Counted from the first letter of the stretch, positions 45,433-55,914 are shown. The stretch: DNA of 64,000 nt from Candidatus Saccharimonadota bacterium (GCA_003979185.1 RYWJ01000002.1:4650-68649), one strand, 5' to 3'. Made by a program: numbers and translations. Notes: a model not told the origin generated them from the letters alone.

Positions 45433-46771
45433 TACACTATCTCACAAAGTAGAAGCTTTTAATCCGTTTAATCCAGACCAGGTTAAAATCTATACATGTG
45501 GACCTACTGTTTATAGCCAGCCACATATTGGCAACTTCGCAGCTTATGTATATTGGGATTTACTAGTACGTACTCTCTTGGCAAATAATTATGGTGTGAG
45601 ACGGGTTTTAAATTTGACTGATGTAGGACATTTAACTTCTGATAGGGACGACGGTGAGGATAAATTAGAGAAAGGTGCGCGGCAACTTGGAGAAACTGTT
45701 TGGGTTGTTGCAGAAAGATACATTGGTGAATTCCGTCGTGACTATGAAAGACTAGATTTAGTCCAGCCAGATGTATGGGCAAGGGCGACCGATTACATCG
45801 CTGAAGATGAGGCCATAGTTGATAGATTGTCTGATAAGGGCTATACTTATGAAACTAGCGATGGAGTTTATTTTGATACAAGTAAGTTTGCAAAATATGC
45901 GGACTTTGCTAGATTGGATTTGTCTAGCATTAAGGCTGGTGCAAGGGTTGAGTTTTCTCAGGAAAAGAAACACCCATCAGACTTTGCAGTTTGGAAATTT
46001 ATTCAGCCTAATGAGCAGCATGCAATGCGATGGGAATATCTTGGGCGATCAGGTTATCCGGGGTGGCATCTAGAGTGCTCCACAATCATACACAATGAGT
46101 TGGGAGAAACTATTGATATCCATACAGGTGGGATAGATCATATACCAGTTCACCATACCAATGAGATTGCGCAGAGCGAAGCCGCGTTTGATAAGAAACT
46201 TTCTAAATATTGGTTACACTGTAACTTCCTCACTATTGATAAGCAGAAGATTTCTAAGTCACTGGGGAATATCTGGACTTTAGAAGATCTGGAGCAAAAA
46301 GGCTATTCACCTCTAGATTTTAAAATGTGGGTTTTACAAGGACATTATCGTTCAGAACGTGATTTTAACTTTGAGAATCTAGATTCAGCGCGTATCCGCA
46401 GGTTGAATTGGCGGAATCGTATTGCTGAGTGCTATCAAAACCCAACTGGTGAATCTAAACTTACAGAGCTTACGGAAATTCTGAGTGCAGTGAGTGATGA
46501 TCTTAATTCTCCGCGTGCTTTTGCTTTAATTGATGAGGTTCAGAATGAGAGCATAGAATTTTGGCGAATCATTGATTCATATTTTGGCCTAGGTTTAATC
46601 AATAGTGCGCCGAATATTACCGATGAGATCAAAGCTTTATTATCCCAGCGTGAGGACGCGAGAGTGGCAAAAAATTTCCAGTTAGCAGATGATATTAGAG
46701 AAGAGCTACAGAAACACAATATAACGACAAAAGATACCATAAGCGGCCAAGTTTGGCAGTATATAAAGTAG
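45419..46771 (+). CDS. cysS: Cysteine--tRNA ligase
   Basis: HIGN (HIGH) and KISKS (KMSKS) motifs in CysRS-like context. Confidence 0.9.
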   Translation: MKLYNTLSHKVEAFNPFNPDQVKIYTCGPTVYSQPHIGNFAAYVYWDLLVRTLLANNYGVRRVLNLTDVGHLTSDRDDGEDKLEKGARQLGETVWVVAERYIGEFRRDYERLDLVQPDVWARATDYIAEDEAIVDRLSDKGYTYETSDGVYFDTSKFAKYADFARLDLSSIKAGARVEFSQEKKHPSDFAVWKFIQPNEQHAMRWEYLGRSGYPGWHLECSTIIHNELGETIDIHTGGIDHIPVHHTNEIAQSEAAFDKKLSKYWLHCNFLTIDKQKISKSLGNIWTLEDLEQKGYSPLDFKMWVLQGHYRSERDFNFENLDSARIRRLNWRNRIAECYQNPTGESKLTELTEILSAVSDDLNSPRAFALIDEVQNESIEFWRIIDSYFGLGLINSAPNITDEIKALLSQREDARVAKNFQLADDIREELQKHNITTKDTISGQVWQYIK

Positions 46772-46809
46772 TTTATTCGGTTTTAGGGAAGGCGTGGTAA
46801 AATAGAAAG

Positions 46810-47553
46810 ATGAATAAAGTAATCGAAGTAAAAAACTTGGTAAAAGTTTATGGCAAACGATCGACAGCTTTTGAAGCATTGAAGGGGATCAACTTAGACA
46901 TCTTTGATGGCGAGTCTGTCGCAATTGTTGGTAAGTCTGGTTCTGGTAAATCAACACTTATGCACTTGTTGGCGTTATTAGATAAACCAACTAGTGGTAC
47001 CATTAAGGTTGATGGGATTGATTCGACCAAGCTTAGTAATCGTGAGCTAAATAAATTGCGCAATCGTACTTTTGGTTTCGTTTTTCAACAATTCTTTATG
47101 AATCCAAATGACACAGTGCTAGAAAACGTGGTCTTACCGCTGAAAATTGCTGGTATAGGTGGGCGAGAACGGCGTAATTTAGCTAGCAAAGCTTTAGAAA
47201 CGGTCGGCTTGGAAGAGCGCATTAAATTCAAAGCAACTGATTTGTCTGGTGGTCAAAAACAGCGCGTTTGTATCGCCCGAGCAATCGTGAATGATCCGAA
47301 GATTCTCTTCGCAGACGAGCCGACTGGTAATCTAGATTCTGCGACTGGTGATAAGGTAATTAAATTGCTTTTCGATTTAAATAAGGAGAAAGGTGTCACG
47401 CTCATTATGGTGACTCATGATGAGGATTTAGCACGCCTTTGTGATCGTCAGATTCGGATTATGGATGGGAAGATAGTCGAGGGACTACCTGACGATCCGA
47501 AAGGTGAGTGGGTTGACGGTAAATGGAAAATGAAAGTGACGATTGGAGCATAG
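46810..47553 (+). CDS. ABC transporter ATP-binding protein (MacB/LolD-type)
   Basis: GKSGSGKST, LSGGQKQR and LFADEPT. Confidence 0.9.
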   Translation: MNKVIEVKNLVKVYGKRSTAFEALKGINLDIFDGESVAIVGKSGSGKSTLMHLLALLDKPTSGTIKVDGIDSTKLSNRELNKLRNRTFGFVFQQFFMNPNDTVLENVVLPLKIAGIGGRERRNLASKALETVGLEERIKFKATDLSGGQKQRVCIARAIVNDPKILFADEPTGNLDSATGDKVIKLLFDLNKEKGVTLIMVTHDEDLARLCDRQIRIMDGKIVEGLPDDPKGEWVDGKWKMKVTIGA

Positions 47554-47554
47554 G

Positions 47555-48850
47555 ATGGGATTGTTTGAAATAATAACTACAGCGAACCATAATTTATTGC
47601 GAAATAAGGCGCGTACAATTTTAACTATTTTGGCAATCTTTGTTGGGAGCTTTACGATCGCATTAAATTCCGCGATTAATACGGGAGTGAATAAATTCAT
47701 TGATGATCAAACGGCAAGCCTAGGCGGGGAGGATTATATTATGATTATGCCCGAAGGTGCGGTCGAAGGCATGAGTTCACTTGCTATGGGGGGTGCTAGC
47801 GGCGCTCCAACGGAATATAATCCAGACAAAACGATGTCTGCGTTCACGGATGAGCAGCTAAATAGGTTGAAAGAACTGGATGGTATTAATGGTGAGCTTT
47901 ATGTGACGAAGAACTATGTCGTGGATTATATTACGAGTGCTAAAACGGATAAGAAGTATAATATTAATGTAATGGCAATGCCGCCAGGAGATTTTAATAT
48001 TGCGATGACGGCGGGTTCTTTGCCTAATCGTGATTCAAAAAAGTATGAGATTGCTTTGCAGTCGGGTTATCCGAAAGCTCTTGGCTTTGATTCGGACGAA
48101 GACGCAATTGGCAAGACTGTCACTATAACTGTTAGGGATGCCGTAACTAAAAAATATAAGAATTTTGAAGCAACAGTAGTTGGCGTACAAGCTCCAGGTG
48201 TTGTGGCGGTCAACGGTTCGGTTATCACCGTATCTCTTCAGGACGCTCTGTATGATGAAGTGACTAAATACTATCCAGACGACCAGAAAAGCATGGTTTA
48301 TTCCGTGCAGACAAAATTTGATACCTCAAAATATACTGAGTCGGAAATAAAAGCTATTCTAGAAGAAAATGGATTTTATGGTTTCACTATTTCCGACATG
48401 ATGGGGATGATTCGGACGTTTTTCGATGTAATTATGATAGTATTTACAATCTTTGGGGCAATTGCATTGGTTGCGGCGGCCATTGGCATTATTAATACGT
48501 TGCTGATGTCTGTGGAGGAGCGTACTCGAGAGATTGGCTTAGATAAAGCCTTAGGAATGTCCTCTACCAAAATTTTCTTAAATTTTTCGTTTGAAGCTAT
48601 TGCTTTGGGATTTTGGGGATCAGCAGTGGGAGTAGGAGTGGCGATGTTGGTTGGGAATCTGGCAAATACCGTAGTGCACCAGCCTGGTGGATTTCTGGAG
48701 GCATTTCCAACTTTCCATCTATTTAATTTCACTTTGCAAAATGTTCTGCCGATCATTATTATCGTAATGGTCATTGCGTTCGTCGCTGGTACCGTACCAG
48801 CTTGGAAGGCTGCACATAAGAATCCGATCGATGCTTTGAGGTATGAGTAG
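47555..48850 (+). CDS. FtsX-like ABC permease (MacB-type)
   Basis: N-terminal TM helix, a ~250-aa extracytoplasmic domain and 3 C-terminal TM helices. GGAG lies 5 nt before the ATG. Confidence 0.85.
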   Translation: MGLFEIITTANHNLLRNKARTILTILAIFVGSFTIALNSAINTGVNKFIDDQTASLGGEDYIMIMPEGAVEGMSSLAMGGASGAPTEYNPDKTMSAFTDEQLNRLKELDGINGELYVTKNYVVDYITSAKTDKKYNINVMAMPPGDFNIAMTAGSLPNRDSKKYEIALQSGYPKALGFDSDEDAIGKTVTITVRDAVTKKYKNFEATVVGVQAPGVVAVNGSVITVSLQDALYDEVTKYYPDDQKSMVYSVQTKFDTSKYTESEIKAILEENGFYGFTISDMMGMIRTFFDVIMIVFTIFGAIALVAAAIGIINTLLMSVEERTREIGLDKALGMSSTKIFLNFSFEAIALGFWGSAVGVGVAMLVGNLANTVVHQPGGFLEAFPTFHLFNFTLQNVLPIIIIVMVIAFVAGTVPAWKAAHKNPIDALRYE

Positions 48851-48852
48851 TC

Positions 48853-50022
48853 ATGGATCCAGTACGCATAGATAAGATCATACCAGGCGGACAGGCCATT
48901 GGAACATTGCCGGATGGTAAAAAAGCGATGCTTTGGAATGCGTTGCCTGGTGAGTTGGTGACTGAATGGAAGATTACCAAAAATAAAAGTAGCTATATTG
49001 AAGGTATTGCTGAGGTGATTGCGAATCCCTCCAATAAACGCGTAAATCCAAAAGATAATTGCTATCTTGCTACTTCTCCGTGGCAAATTATGGATTATAA
49101 TTATGAGTTGCAACAGAAACAGGAAGTATTGCAGGAAATACTTCGTCAGCAGAAAGTCCCAGATGATTGTTTTGAGGTTCAGGCAGTCAGGACCGATGGT
49201 AGAGATTTCTTTTATCGTAACAAAATGGAGTATGCGTTGTATTATGATTTTGAAGGAGCTCAAATTTTTCCTGCTATGCGCAGCCGTGGTACACATCGCA
49301 AGTTACCTTTATCGCAGTCGAGTTTGGAGATGCCAAGCATTTGGCGGAAAGCTACAGAAATTATCGACGACCTAAATGCAAGACATGAGGAGGCTCGGAG
49401 ATACCAATCATTGTTGTTGCGGTCAAATCAGTCCGGTGAAGTTAGTGGCGGATTGCTGGAGAATCGCAAACCACATCCAAAATTTGATAAATTAAGAGAT
49501 ACTATTTTGGGGCAAGAATATTCATATTCACCCAATGGCTTTTTCCAAATCAATCTGCCGGTCTACGAAATGGTGCTAACTGAGATGCAGAAATGGATCA
49601 AAACCGACAAAGTTTTGGATTTGTATTCCGGGGTTGGAACGATTGGGTTGTCAGTCGCGCGTGATCGAAATTTAATCTTGGTTGAATGTGATAAATCTGC
49701 GTTTTTAGAGATGAAAAATAACTGTCGCGGTACTAACGCTACTCCGATTTTAGCGAAAAGCGAAGAAGCATTAGGCTACATTAATCCAGATCAGACGGTG
49801 ATAGTTGATCCTCCACGTGCTGGTTGTTTACCTAATGTAATTGAAGAGTTGCGTAGTAAGAAGCCCACTATGATTATATATCTATCTTGCAATCCTATCA
49901 CTCAAGCACGTGATATAAGCCTATTGCTAGACACCCATGAGATTAAAACATGTATACCATTTAACTTCTTTCCACGTACGCCGCATCTAGAAAATCTCAT
50001 GATTTTGGAGCGCAAAAACTAA
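48853..50022 (+). CDS. RNA (uracil-5-)-methyltransferase (RlmD/TrmA family)
   Basis: FFQINLP, LDLYSGVGTIGL, DPPRAGC and YLSCNP..QARD motifs. Confidence 0.75.
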   Translation: MDPVRIDKIIPGGQAIGTLPDGKKAMLWNALPGELVTEWKITKNKSSYIEGIAEVIANPSNKRVNPKDNCYLATSPWQIMDYNYELQQKQEVLQEILRQQKVPDDCFEVQAVRTDGRDFFYRNKMEYALYYDFEGAQIFPAMRSRGTHRKLPLSQSSLEMPSIWRKATEIIDDLNARHEEARRYQSLLLRSNQSGEVSGGLLENRKPHPKFDKLRDTILGQEYSYSPNGFFQINLPVYEMVLTEMQKWIKTDKVLDLYSGVGTIGLSVARDRNLILVECDKSAFLEMKNNCRGTNATPILAKSEEALGYINPDQTVIVDPPRAGCLPNVIEELRSKKPTMIIYLSCNPITQARDISLLLDTHEIKTCIPFNFFPRTPHLENLMILERKN

Positions 50023-53000
50023 ATGCCGCTGAATAAGGAACAACAAGCAGCAGTCGAGCATTTATCTGGTCCGTTATTAGTGTTGGCTGGACCTGGTACT
50101 GGCAAAACACAACTACTATCGGCTAAAGTAGCGTATATTCTTAAGAATATTGATATTAATGCTGAAAATATCTTATGCCTAACCTTTACTGAAGCGGGTG
50201 CGGAAAATATGCGAGCACGTTTTCAAAGTATGATTGGTAAGGATGCGCTCGATGTTAACGTATATACTTACCATGCTTTTGGTTCAAACGTTTTAGATCG
50301 TTATAAGAGCTATGCCGAGAATTTTGACCGTAAATTAGATGCGCCGATTGATGAGACTGCACAGTATAAAATTATTGCTGACATTCAAAAGTCTTTACCA
50401 GCTATGGATATTCTTAGAGAGGCTGAAACAAAAGAGATAATATCCATTATTGGTAACGCTAAGGCTGCACGTCTTGATGCGACAGATTTGAAGAAAATTG
50501 CCGAAAAAAACATCGAAGATAGCTCAGCGATTAGCTTTGAAGTTTCGCCGATACTATTAGAAATGAAAAAAGGTGCTAAGTTTCAGGCTGCTCTTGAGAA
50601 CACCTATCAACCAATACTAGAAGTTTTGCTCCAACACATCTCTTCTCAACCTATCGTCAAGCAGGTTGAACCGATTGCAAATATTCTTGCTAAAGATCTG
50701 AAAAGGATTATAGATGAGCTATCAGCTTCCGAAAAACCGTCTGTATCTAGCCTAACCAAGTGGAAGAGTAATAATTTTGAATTATGTACTCCAGACCCTA
50801 AGCATCCAGAGATCAAATCCTATCGTTTAAAAGATCATATTGCGAATAAGAAATTATATTCGTTGGCAAATATTATGCATAAATATGATGAAAAGCTGAA
50901 AGCTGAAGGGCTTTATGACTTTAGCGATATGATTGAATGTGCAATTAAGTATTTGAAAGAAGATAGTGGCTTTCGGATGCAGCTTTCTGAACAATTTCAA
51001 TATATTTTGTTGGATGAGTTTCAGGATACAAGTGCCTCACAATTTGAGCTAATTAAATTGCTAACGGATTATGAAAAGCCGGTCATCATGGCGGTTGGCG
51101 ACGATGATCAAGCGATTTATGAATTTCAAGGTGCAAACGCCTCCAATTTGCGTGATTTTCAGGCATACTACAATGCTGAAGTGATAAACTTATGCAATAA
51201 CTATCGCAGTACTAGTGAGGTATTGAGTCTTTCGCGTAAGATTGCAGAGCAAATTAATGATAGCTTTGCAAAGAACTATAATGTTGATAAAACATTGCGC
51301 TCAATGCGTGATACATGGAACAATGATATAAGCAAGCCACCTCGCGTTGTGCGACATGAGTTTGCTGGTACGGTGGCAGAATATTATTGGATTGCTCAAC
51401 AGATACGATCTTTGGTGGATCATGGTGAGGACCCCAACGAAATTGCAGTCATTGCACCAAAACATAAAAATATCATACCGCTTTTGCCATACCTAAAGGC
51501 TCAGAATCTAGACGTTACTTACGAAAAGCGCGACAATATTCTAAATGATGCTAAGATATCAATGCTCATCAAGCTGGCAAAGTTCATCTTTCGTCTTGCC
51601 AATCGCGAACAACCGGTGGAGAACTTGTTAGAAATCTTATCGTTTGAGTTTTGGGAAGTTTCTGCTGATGTAGCGATTCGGGCAGTAGAAAAACAGTGGG
51701 GCAATAATGCGACGATCTTGGAATACTTAGCCGGAGATGTGCAGCTGGAGAAGATAGCTAGTCTTATTAGTAGCTTAGTAGAGCTGTCATTTTCCGCGCC
51801 CTTGGAGCTATGGCTAGACCACCTGATCGGCACAGCTGAGCTAAATAATTGTAAGTCGCCGTTTTTGAATTACTATCGAGACACACTAAATCAAGCAGAA
51901 TTACTGGAGTTCTATGAAAATCTTAGCACCTTGCGACAAAAGGTTAGCGTACACGCTAAGAATTTGCAACCTAATATAGCTGATTTTGCACCAAAGCTCA
52001 GCGATTTTATTGCTACTATTCAAGATTACGAAATAGCCCAGGCAGAAATTATGCGTGTAAGTGTATACAGGGATAGCGGTAAAGCGGTGCAGGTGATGAC
52101 AAGCCATAAAAGTAAAGGGCTGGAGTTTAAACACGTCTTTCTTACGTCGGTTGATGATCTAGCTTGGGGTAAAGGCAAGGGAAATAATAACCGTTTCACA
52201 TTGCCTAAGAATCTAACGCATATTAGACATACTGGTATTACGGATGATGAACAGTTACGCTTGTTCTTTGTAGCGATTACTCGTGCTAAGGACGGTCTAA
52301 CAATGACTAGCGCGCGTCGTAAAGATGATGGTTCCGATAACCATCGATTGCGATATTTAGCAGAGAGCAGCTATGAAGATGAGCAACAAATTTCTCCATA
52401 CCTACTTGAGGAAGCGAAAAATATTAAGATACACGATGACTTAACAAATGCGGAGAAAATCGAAACATTGCGACTGAATTGGGTTTCAGCTTATCAAAAG
52501 TTAGAGCCTGACGTTATGGAAATTTTACGCGAGCGCATGAAGTCCTATCGACTTTCGGCTTCAGATCTGACCAGCTTCATTGACATTATTTATGCTGGTC
52601 CACAGAAAGTTTATCAATCTCGTGTATTAAAATCTCCGAACGAGCCTGCAAACTTTTCAATGTGCTATGGTAGCTTAATTCATTCAGTTTTTGAGCAAAT
52701 TACCAACCAGCACATTGATGAAGAAAAGGCGATGGATTTGTTTAGAGGCGAAGCTCATAAGGCAGTCTTGACCGATGTGGAGAAACGGCAATTATTGGAG
52801 AAAGGCGAGCATAGCTTAAGGATCGCCATGAGCAAATTTATGCCAATTCTTTGCCGTGAAAATGCCAAGGCAGAGGTCAACTTTGGGCCAGAGCACTTAG
52901 TGATTGACGGCGTGCCAGTGGCTGGAAAAATTGACCATATGGAAATTGACCACACCCATAAAACAATCGAAGTGTATGACTTTAAGACTGGGAAGTTTCA

Positions 53001-53376
53001 TGATCAGAAATGGAGGTCTCAACCGAGTTTATATAAATACATGTTGCAGCTTGGATTTTATAAGTTATTGCTAAATAACTCCATGAATTATCGTAACTAT
53101 AAGGTAACGCGCGGGCATATTCTGTTTGTTACGCCTGATGCCGATGAACAAGTTTATGATAAGGTATATGAGTATAATGATGAAGATGAACTCGAGTTAA
53201 AAAGACTTATGCAGGTTGTCTATAAGCAACTAACTAGCCTAGATTTTGTGGTTGATAATGAGCTCTTTGTGCCTGCCAATAAGAGTAATACTTTGCCAAA
53301 ACTCCGAAACTTTATAGAATTACTGCATAGTAAGACCCAGTTGGCTGACCGTAACATTGTATCAGCGCAACACTGA
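50023..53376 (+). CDS. UvrD/PcrA-type helicase fused to a C-terminal PD-(D/E)xK nuclease
   Basis: AGPGTGKT, LLDEFQDTS, MTSHKSKGLEF and FFVAITRAK. The C-terminal GKIDHMEID...IEVYDFKTGK is nuclease-like. Confidence 0.85.
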   Translation: MPLNKEQQAAVEHLSGPLLVLAGPGTGKTQLLSAKVAYILKNIDINAENILCLTFTEAGAENMRARFQSMIGKDALDVNVYTYHAFGSNVLDRYKSYAENFDRKLDAPIDETAQYKIIADIQKSLPAMDILREAETKEIISIIGNAKAARLDATDLKKIAEKNIEDSSAISFEVSPILLEMKKGAKFQAALENTYQPILEVLLQHISSQPIVKQVEPIANILAKDLKRIIDELSASEKPSVSSLTKWKSNNFELCTPDPKHPEIKSYRLKDHIANKKLYSLANIMHKYDEKLKAEGLYDFSDMIECAIKYLKEDSGFRMQLSEQFQYILLDEFQDTSASQFELIKLLTDYEKPVIMAVGDDDQAIYEFQGANASNLRDFQAYYNAEVINLCNNYRSTSEVLSLSRKIAEQINDSFAKNYNVDKTLRSMRDTWNNDISKPPRVVRHEFAGTVAEYYWIAQQIRSLVDHGEDPNEIAVIAPKHKNIIPLLPYLKAQNLDVTYEKRDNILNDAKISMLIKLAKFIFRLANREQPVENLLEILSFEFWEVSADVAIRAVEKQWGNNATILEYLAGDVQLEKIASLISSLVELSFSAPLELWLDHLIGTAELNNCKSPFLNYYRDTLNQAELLEFYENLSTLRQKVSVHAKNLQPNIADFAPKLSDFIATIQDYEIAQAEIMRVSVYRDSGKAVQVMTSHKSKGLEFKHVFLTSVDDLAWGKGKGNNNRFTLPKNLTHIRHTGITDDEQLRLFFVAITRAKDGLTMTSARRKDDGSDNHRLRYLAESSYEDEQQISPYLLEEAKNIKIHDDLTNAEKIETLRLNWVSAYQKLEPDVMEILRERMKSYRLSASDLTSFIDIIYAGPQKVYQSRVLKSPNEPANFSMCYGSLIHSVFEQITNQHIDEEKAMDLFRGEAHKAVLTDVEKRQLLEKGEHSLRIAMSKFMPILCRENAKAEVNFGPEHLVIDGVPVAGKIDHMEIDHTHKTIEVYDFKTGKFHDQKWRSQPSLYKYMLQLGFYKLLLNNSMNYRNYKVTRGHILFVTPDADEQVYDKVYEYNDEDELELKRLMQVVYKQLTSLDFVVDNELFVPANKSNTLPKLRNFIELLHSKTQLADRNIVSAQH

Positions 53377-53391
53377 AAAGTGTAATAGTAG

Positions 53392-53420
53392 TTGACTTTA
53401 TAGTCTTGGTGTAGTATAAT
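53392..53420 (+). promoter_or_regulatory. Consensus sigma70 promoter (TTGACT-17 nt-TATAAT)
   Basis: Read directly. It drives the GC-rich unit that ends at the 53787 terminator. Confidence 0.55.
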
Positions 53421-53498
53421 CAAATAGTCGAGCAATCTTTTTTAGCTCGATTGTACCTACTCACTAGAGAACCCATTCCTGAAAGGATGTGATTATGA

Positions 53499-53729
53499 AT
53501 GGGGCTGTTCGACAGGAACGGATTGACTTACGGCGGCTACGGTGGAAGTGTACACCTGAGCGAAGGTGACGCCATGATGTCGCGCCTGACTGGCATTGGG
53601 CAGACGACTCAGGATGGCATTACCGGTACGACAGCTATTGATGCCGTGCAACGTTTCGCCGCTACTGGAGCTAGCGAACAACGTATCAGGGAGTTCGCTG
53701 ACCGCATCGCGCGCCAGCACGGACGCTAA
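53499..53729 (+). CDS. Candidate 76-aa ORF within the GC-rich island (may instead be a structured RNA)
   Basis: ATG with AAAGGA about 10 nt upstream. Both strands are open here. The RBS and ATG can be sequestered in a CCCAUUC/GAAUGGG hairpin. No family recognised. Confidence 0.3.
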   Translation: MGLFDRNGLTYGGYGGSVHLSEGDAMMSRLTGIGQTTQDGITGTTAIDAVQRFAATGASEQRIREFADRIARQHGR

Positions 53730-53786
53730 TCGCGACTAACCTGCGAATTTCTGCATACCTCTGCAAGTTTTAACATCCACAACACG

Positions 53787-53810
53787 GGCGACCTTCGGGT
53801 CGCCTCTTTT
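53787..53810 (+). terminator. Intrinsic terminator with UUCG loop
   Basis: GGCGACC-ttcg-GGTCGCC followed by TCTTTT. Confidence 0.7.
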
Positions 53811-53936
53811 CATAATGATGGTTCATTCAGGAATTGTTTAGCGAATACTTAAGAGTATCTCTTGAGCATTATAATTTATTAAGCAACAAAAATATTCCAG
53901 CGAATCTACTGGAATATTTTTATGGATTAATCGAAG

Positions 53937-54275
53937 TTATTTCTCGGCTTCAGCTTTTGCAGCTTTCTTCTCAGCCTCTTTTTCGGCTTTCTTGGCTTTG
54001 TTGCCAAGTGAAGCACGAAGCTTAGCAGCACGCTCGGCGCGAGCCTTAAAACGATCAACACGACCCTCGGTATCAATAATCTTTTCTTCACCAGTAAAGA
54101 ATGGGTGTGAAGCAGAAGAAATCTGAACCTTGATCAATGGATACTCTTGACCATCTTCCCACTTGATGGTTTCGTCGCTCTGGGCTGTTGAACGAGTCAA
54201 GAATTTATAATTCGCAGCCTCATCCATGAAAACAACGTAGCGATAATCTTGCGGTTGTGAAACTTTATTACTCAT
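53937..54275 (-). CDS. rpmE: 50S ribosomal protein L31 (type B, no CxxC) with Lys/Ala/Glu-rich C-terminal extension
   Basis: [10 protein letters not shown]...RVDRF core. The tail is [20 protein letters not shown]. Confidence 0.85.
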   Translation of the reverse strand: MSNKVSQPQDYRYVVFMDEAANYKFLTRSTAQSDETIKWEDGQEYPLIKVQISSASHPFFTGEEKIIDTEGRVDRFKARAERAAKLRASLGNKAKKAEKEAEKKAAKAEAEK

Positions 54276-54373
54276 AGCTTTCTTTAGTCTATCACACTTT
54301 TACTAAACTGTAAACATCTAACTTAGTTATTCCGTGCATTATGTGGGCGGTTAAAAAACTTAGATGTAGATCC

Positions 54374-54402
54374 TTGACTTTTTATTGTGTTTCATTTATA
54401 AT
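54374..54402 (+). promoter_or_regulatory. Consensus sigma70 promoter (TTGACT-17 nt-TATAAT) for rpsB-tsf
   Basis: Read directly. Confidence 0.55.
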
Positions 54403-54486
54403 GAAAGAGTAAATTATTAAACGAGACAGCTATAGGTAGGAGGTTTCCTGTTAATATTTCCTGTAGCAAAGAGAAAGGATAACCAA

Positions 54487-55182
54487 ATGACTGTAGAAGT
54501 CGATATTAAAGCACTATTAGAATCTGGTGCACATTTTGGTCATAAGACTAGCCGTTGGCACCCAAAGATGGCGCCCTATATCCATAGCAAGCGTCAAGGC
54601 GGTCATATTATTAACTTGGAGAAGACCGTTGAAGCTTTGGAGAAAGCTTTGCCAGAACTTTCTAAAATTGCTGCAAGTGGTAAGAAAATCCTCTTTGTTG
54701 GCACAAAGAAACAACTTAAAGATATTACTAAAACCGCTGCTGAATCTGTAAATATGCCATACGTCACTGTACGTTGGGTTGGTGGTATTTTGACTAATGT
54801 GGAAACGGTCAATCGTCAGATTAAGAAACTTAAAGATCTAGAGCGACGCATGGCTTCTGGTGAATTAGAAGCTCGTTATTCCAAGTTGGAAGTGCAGCGT
54901 TATCAGGAAGAAATTGATTTACTTAATGAACGCTATGGCGGCATTAAAGAAATGAACGAACAGCCAGCAGCGATTATTGTAGTTGATGCAGTTCAAGATA
55001 AAAATGCCATTAAAGAGGCTAAAACTCTTAATATTCCAGTTTTTGCTGTTGCTGATACCAACGTTGATCCAACCAATATCGATTACGTAATCCCTGCAAA
55101 TGATGATGCTGTTAAATCAGTTCAATTACTATTGGATTACTTTACTGCTGCTATTAAAGACGGTGAGACGAAAAAAGCCTAA
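54487..55182 (+). CDS. rpsB: 30S ribosomal protein S2
   Basis: GAHFGHKTSRWHPKM start and overall S2 layout. Confidence 0.95.
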   Translation: MTVEVDIKALLESGAHFGHKTSRWHPKMAPYIHSKRQGGHIINLEKTVEALEKALPELSKIAASGKKILFVGTKKQLKDITKTAAESVNMPYVTVRWVGGILTNVETVNRQIKKLKDLERRMASGELEARYSKLEVQRYQEEIDLLNERYGGIKEMNEQPAAIIVVDAVQDKNAIKEAKTLNIPVFAVADTNVDPTNIDYVIPANDDAVKSVQLLLDYFTAAIKDGETKKA

Positions 55183-55221
55183 GTCATTTACAGATTGTTA
55201 AAAATAAACTGAAGGAGGCAT

Positions 55222-55845
55222 ATGAGCCAAGAATTAAAAGAAAAAGCTGGCGAGGTTAAAGCAGTTTCGATCGAGCTAATTAAAAAGCTCAAAGAGCTTT
55301 CGGGCGTCGGCTTGACGGATGCTAAGAACGCTTTGGTAGAGGCCAAGGGTGACTTCGATAAAGCTCTAGACGCAATGCGTAAAAAAGGCATGACGAAAGC
55401 TGAGAAGCGTGGTGATCGTGAAACGCGTGAGGGCATCATTGAGACGTACGTACATGACGGCCGTTTGGGTGCAATCGTCGAGGTTAACTGTGAAACAAGT
55501 TTCGTAGCGAAAACTGATGAATTTAAGGATTTGGCGCATAAGATTGCAATGCAGATTGCTTCTATGAACCCACTCTATGTTACGATTGATGATGTGCCAG
55601 CTGATGTTCTTAATAAGAAAAAGGCGGAGTTTGAAGATAAGTTCAAAGGCCCAGAAAATATGAAAGAACAGATCATTGATGGTCAAGTTAAAAAGGCTTT
55701 TTCTGAAAAAGTTTTGATGGAACAACCATATATTCTTGACGACAATATGACTGTGGCTCAGTTTATTAAAGAAGCAATTGCCAAAACCGGCGAAAATATT
55801 ACTGTGCGTCAATTCAAACGTCTTGAACTTGGTGTTACTGAATAA
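55222..55845 (+). CDS. tsf: Elongation factor Ts (short form)
   Basis: UBA-like N-terminus (LKELSGVGLTDAKNALVEAKGDFDKALDAMRKKG) and a single core domain. Confidence 0.9.
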   Translation: MSQELKEKAGEVKAVSIELIKKLKELSGVGLTDAKNALVEAKGDFDKALDAMRKKGMTKAEKRGDRETREGIIETYVHDGRLGAIVEVNCETSFVAKTDEFKDLAHKIAMQIASMNPLYVTIDDVPADVLNKKKAEFEDKFKGPENMKEQIIDGQVKKAFSEKVLMEQPYILDDNMTVAQFIKEAIAKTGENITVRQFKRLELGVTE

Positions 55846-55857
55846 GAATAATTATCA

Positions 55858-55886
55858 AGTATGGGGATTAGTTTCCCCATACTTTT
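55858..55886 (+). terminator. Intrinsic terminator after tsf
   Basis: AGTATGGGGA/TCCCCATACT stem followed by TTT. Confidence 0.65.
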
Positions 55887-55914
55887 GTTATACTAAACCA
55901 TAGGAGGTAACATT

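Noticed and set aside
48376-49296. 306-aa minus-strand ORF, and similar long antisense ORFs (for example 403-885, 11434-11934, 12931-13392, 35075-35593, 41554-42033, 55366-55812, 57173-57655)
   Set aside because: Each lies fully antisense to a well-supported gene with recognisable motifs. Their compositions are low-complexity (Ile/Phe/Ser/Leu-rich) and none has an RBS. These are typical shadow ORFs.
53501-53810. tmRNA (ssrA), because the unit starts GGGGCUGUUCGACAGG and is about 390 nt long with its own promoter and terminator
   Set aside because: There is no T-arm (GGUUCGAnUCC) and no 3' strand CAGCCCC(A)CCA to pair with the 5' end anywhere before the terminator or rpmE. No tag frame ends in an Ala-rich peptide. 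No acceptor piece lies upstream, which rules out the permuted form. RNase P (no GGAAAGUCC or ACAGAA..GGCUUA) and SRP (no AGG/AGCA loops) also do not fit by eye.
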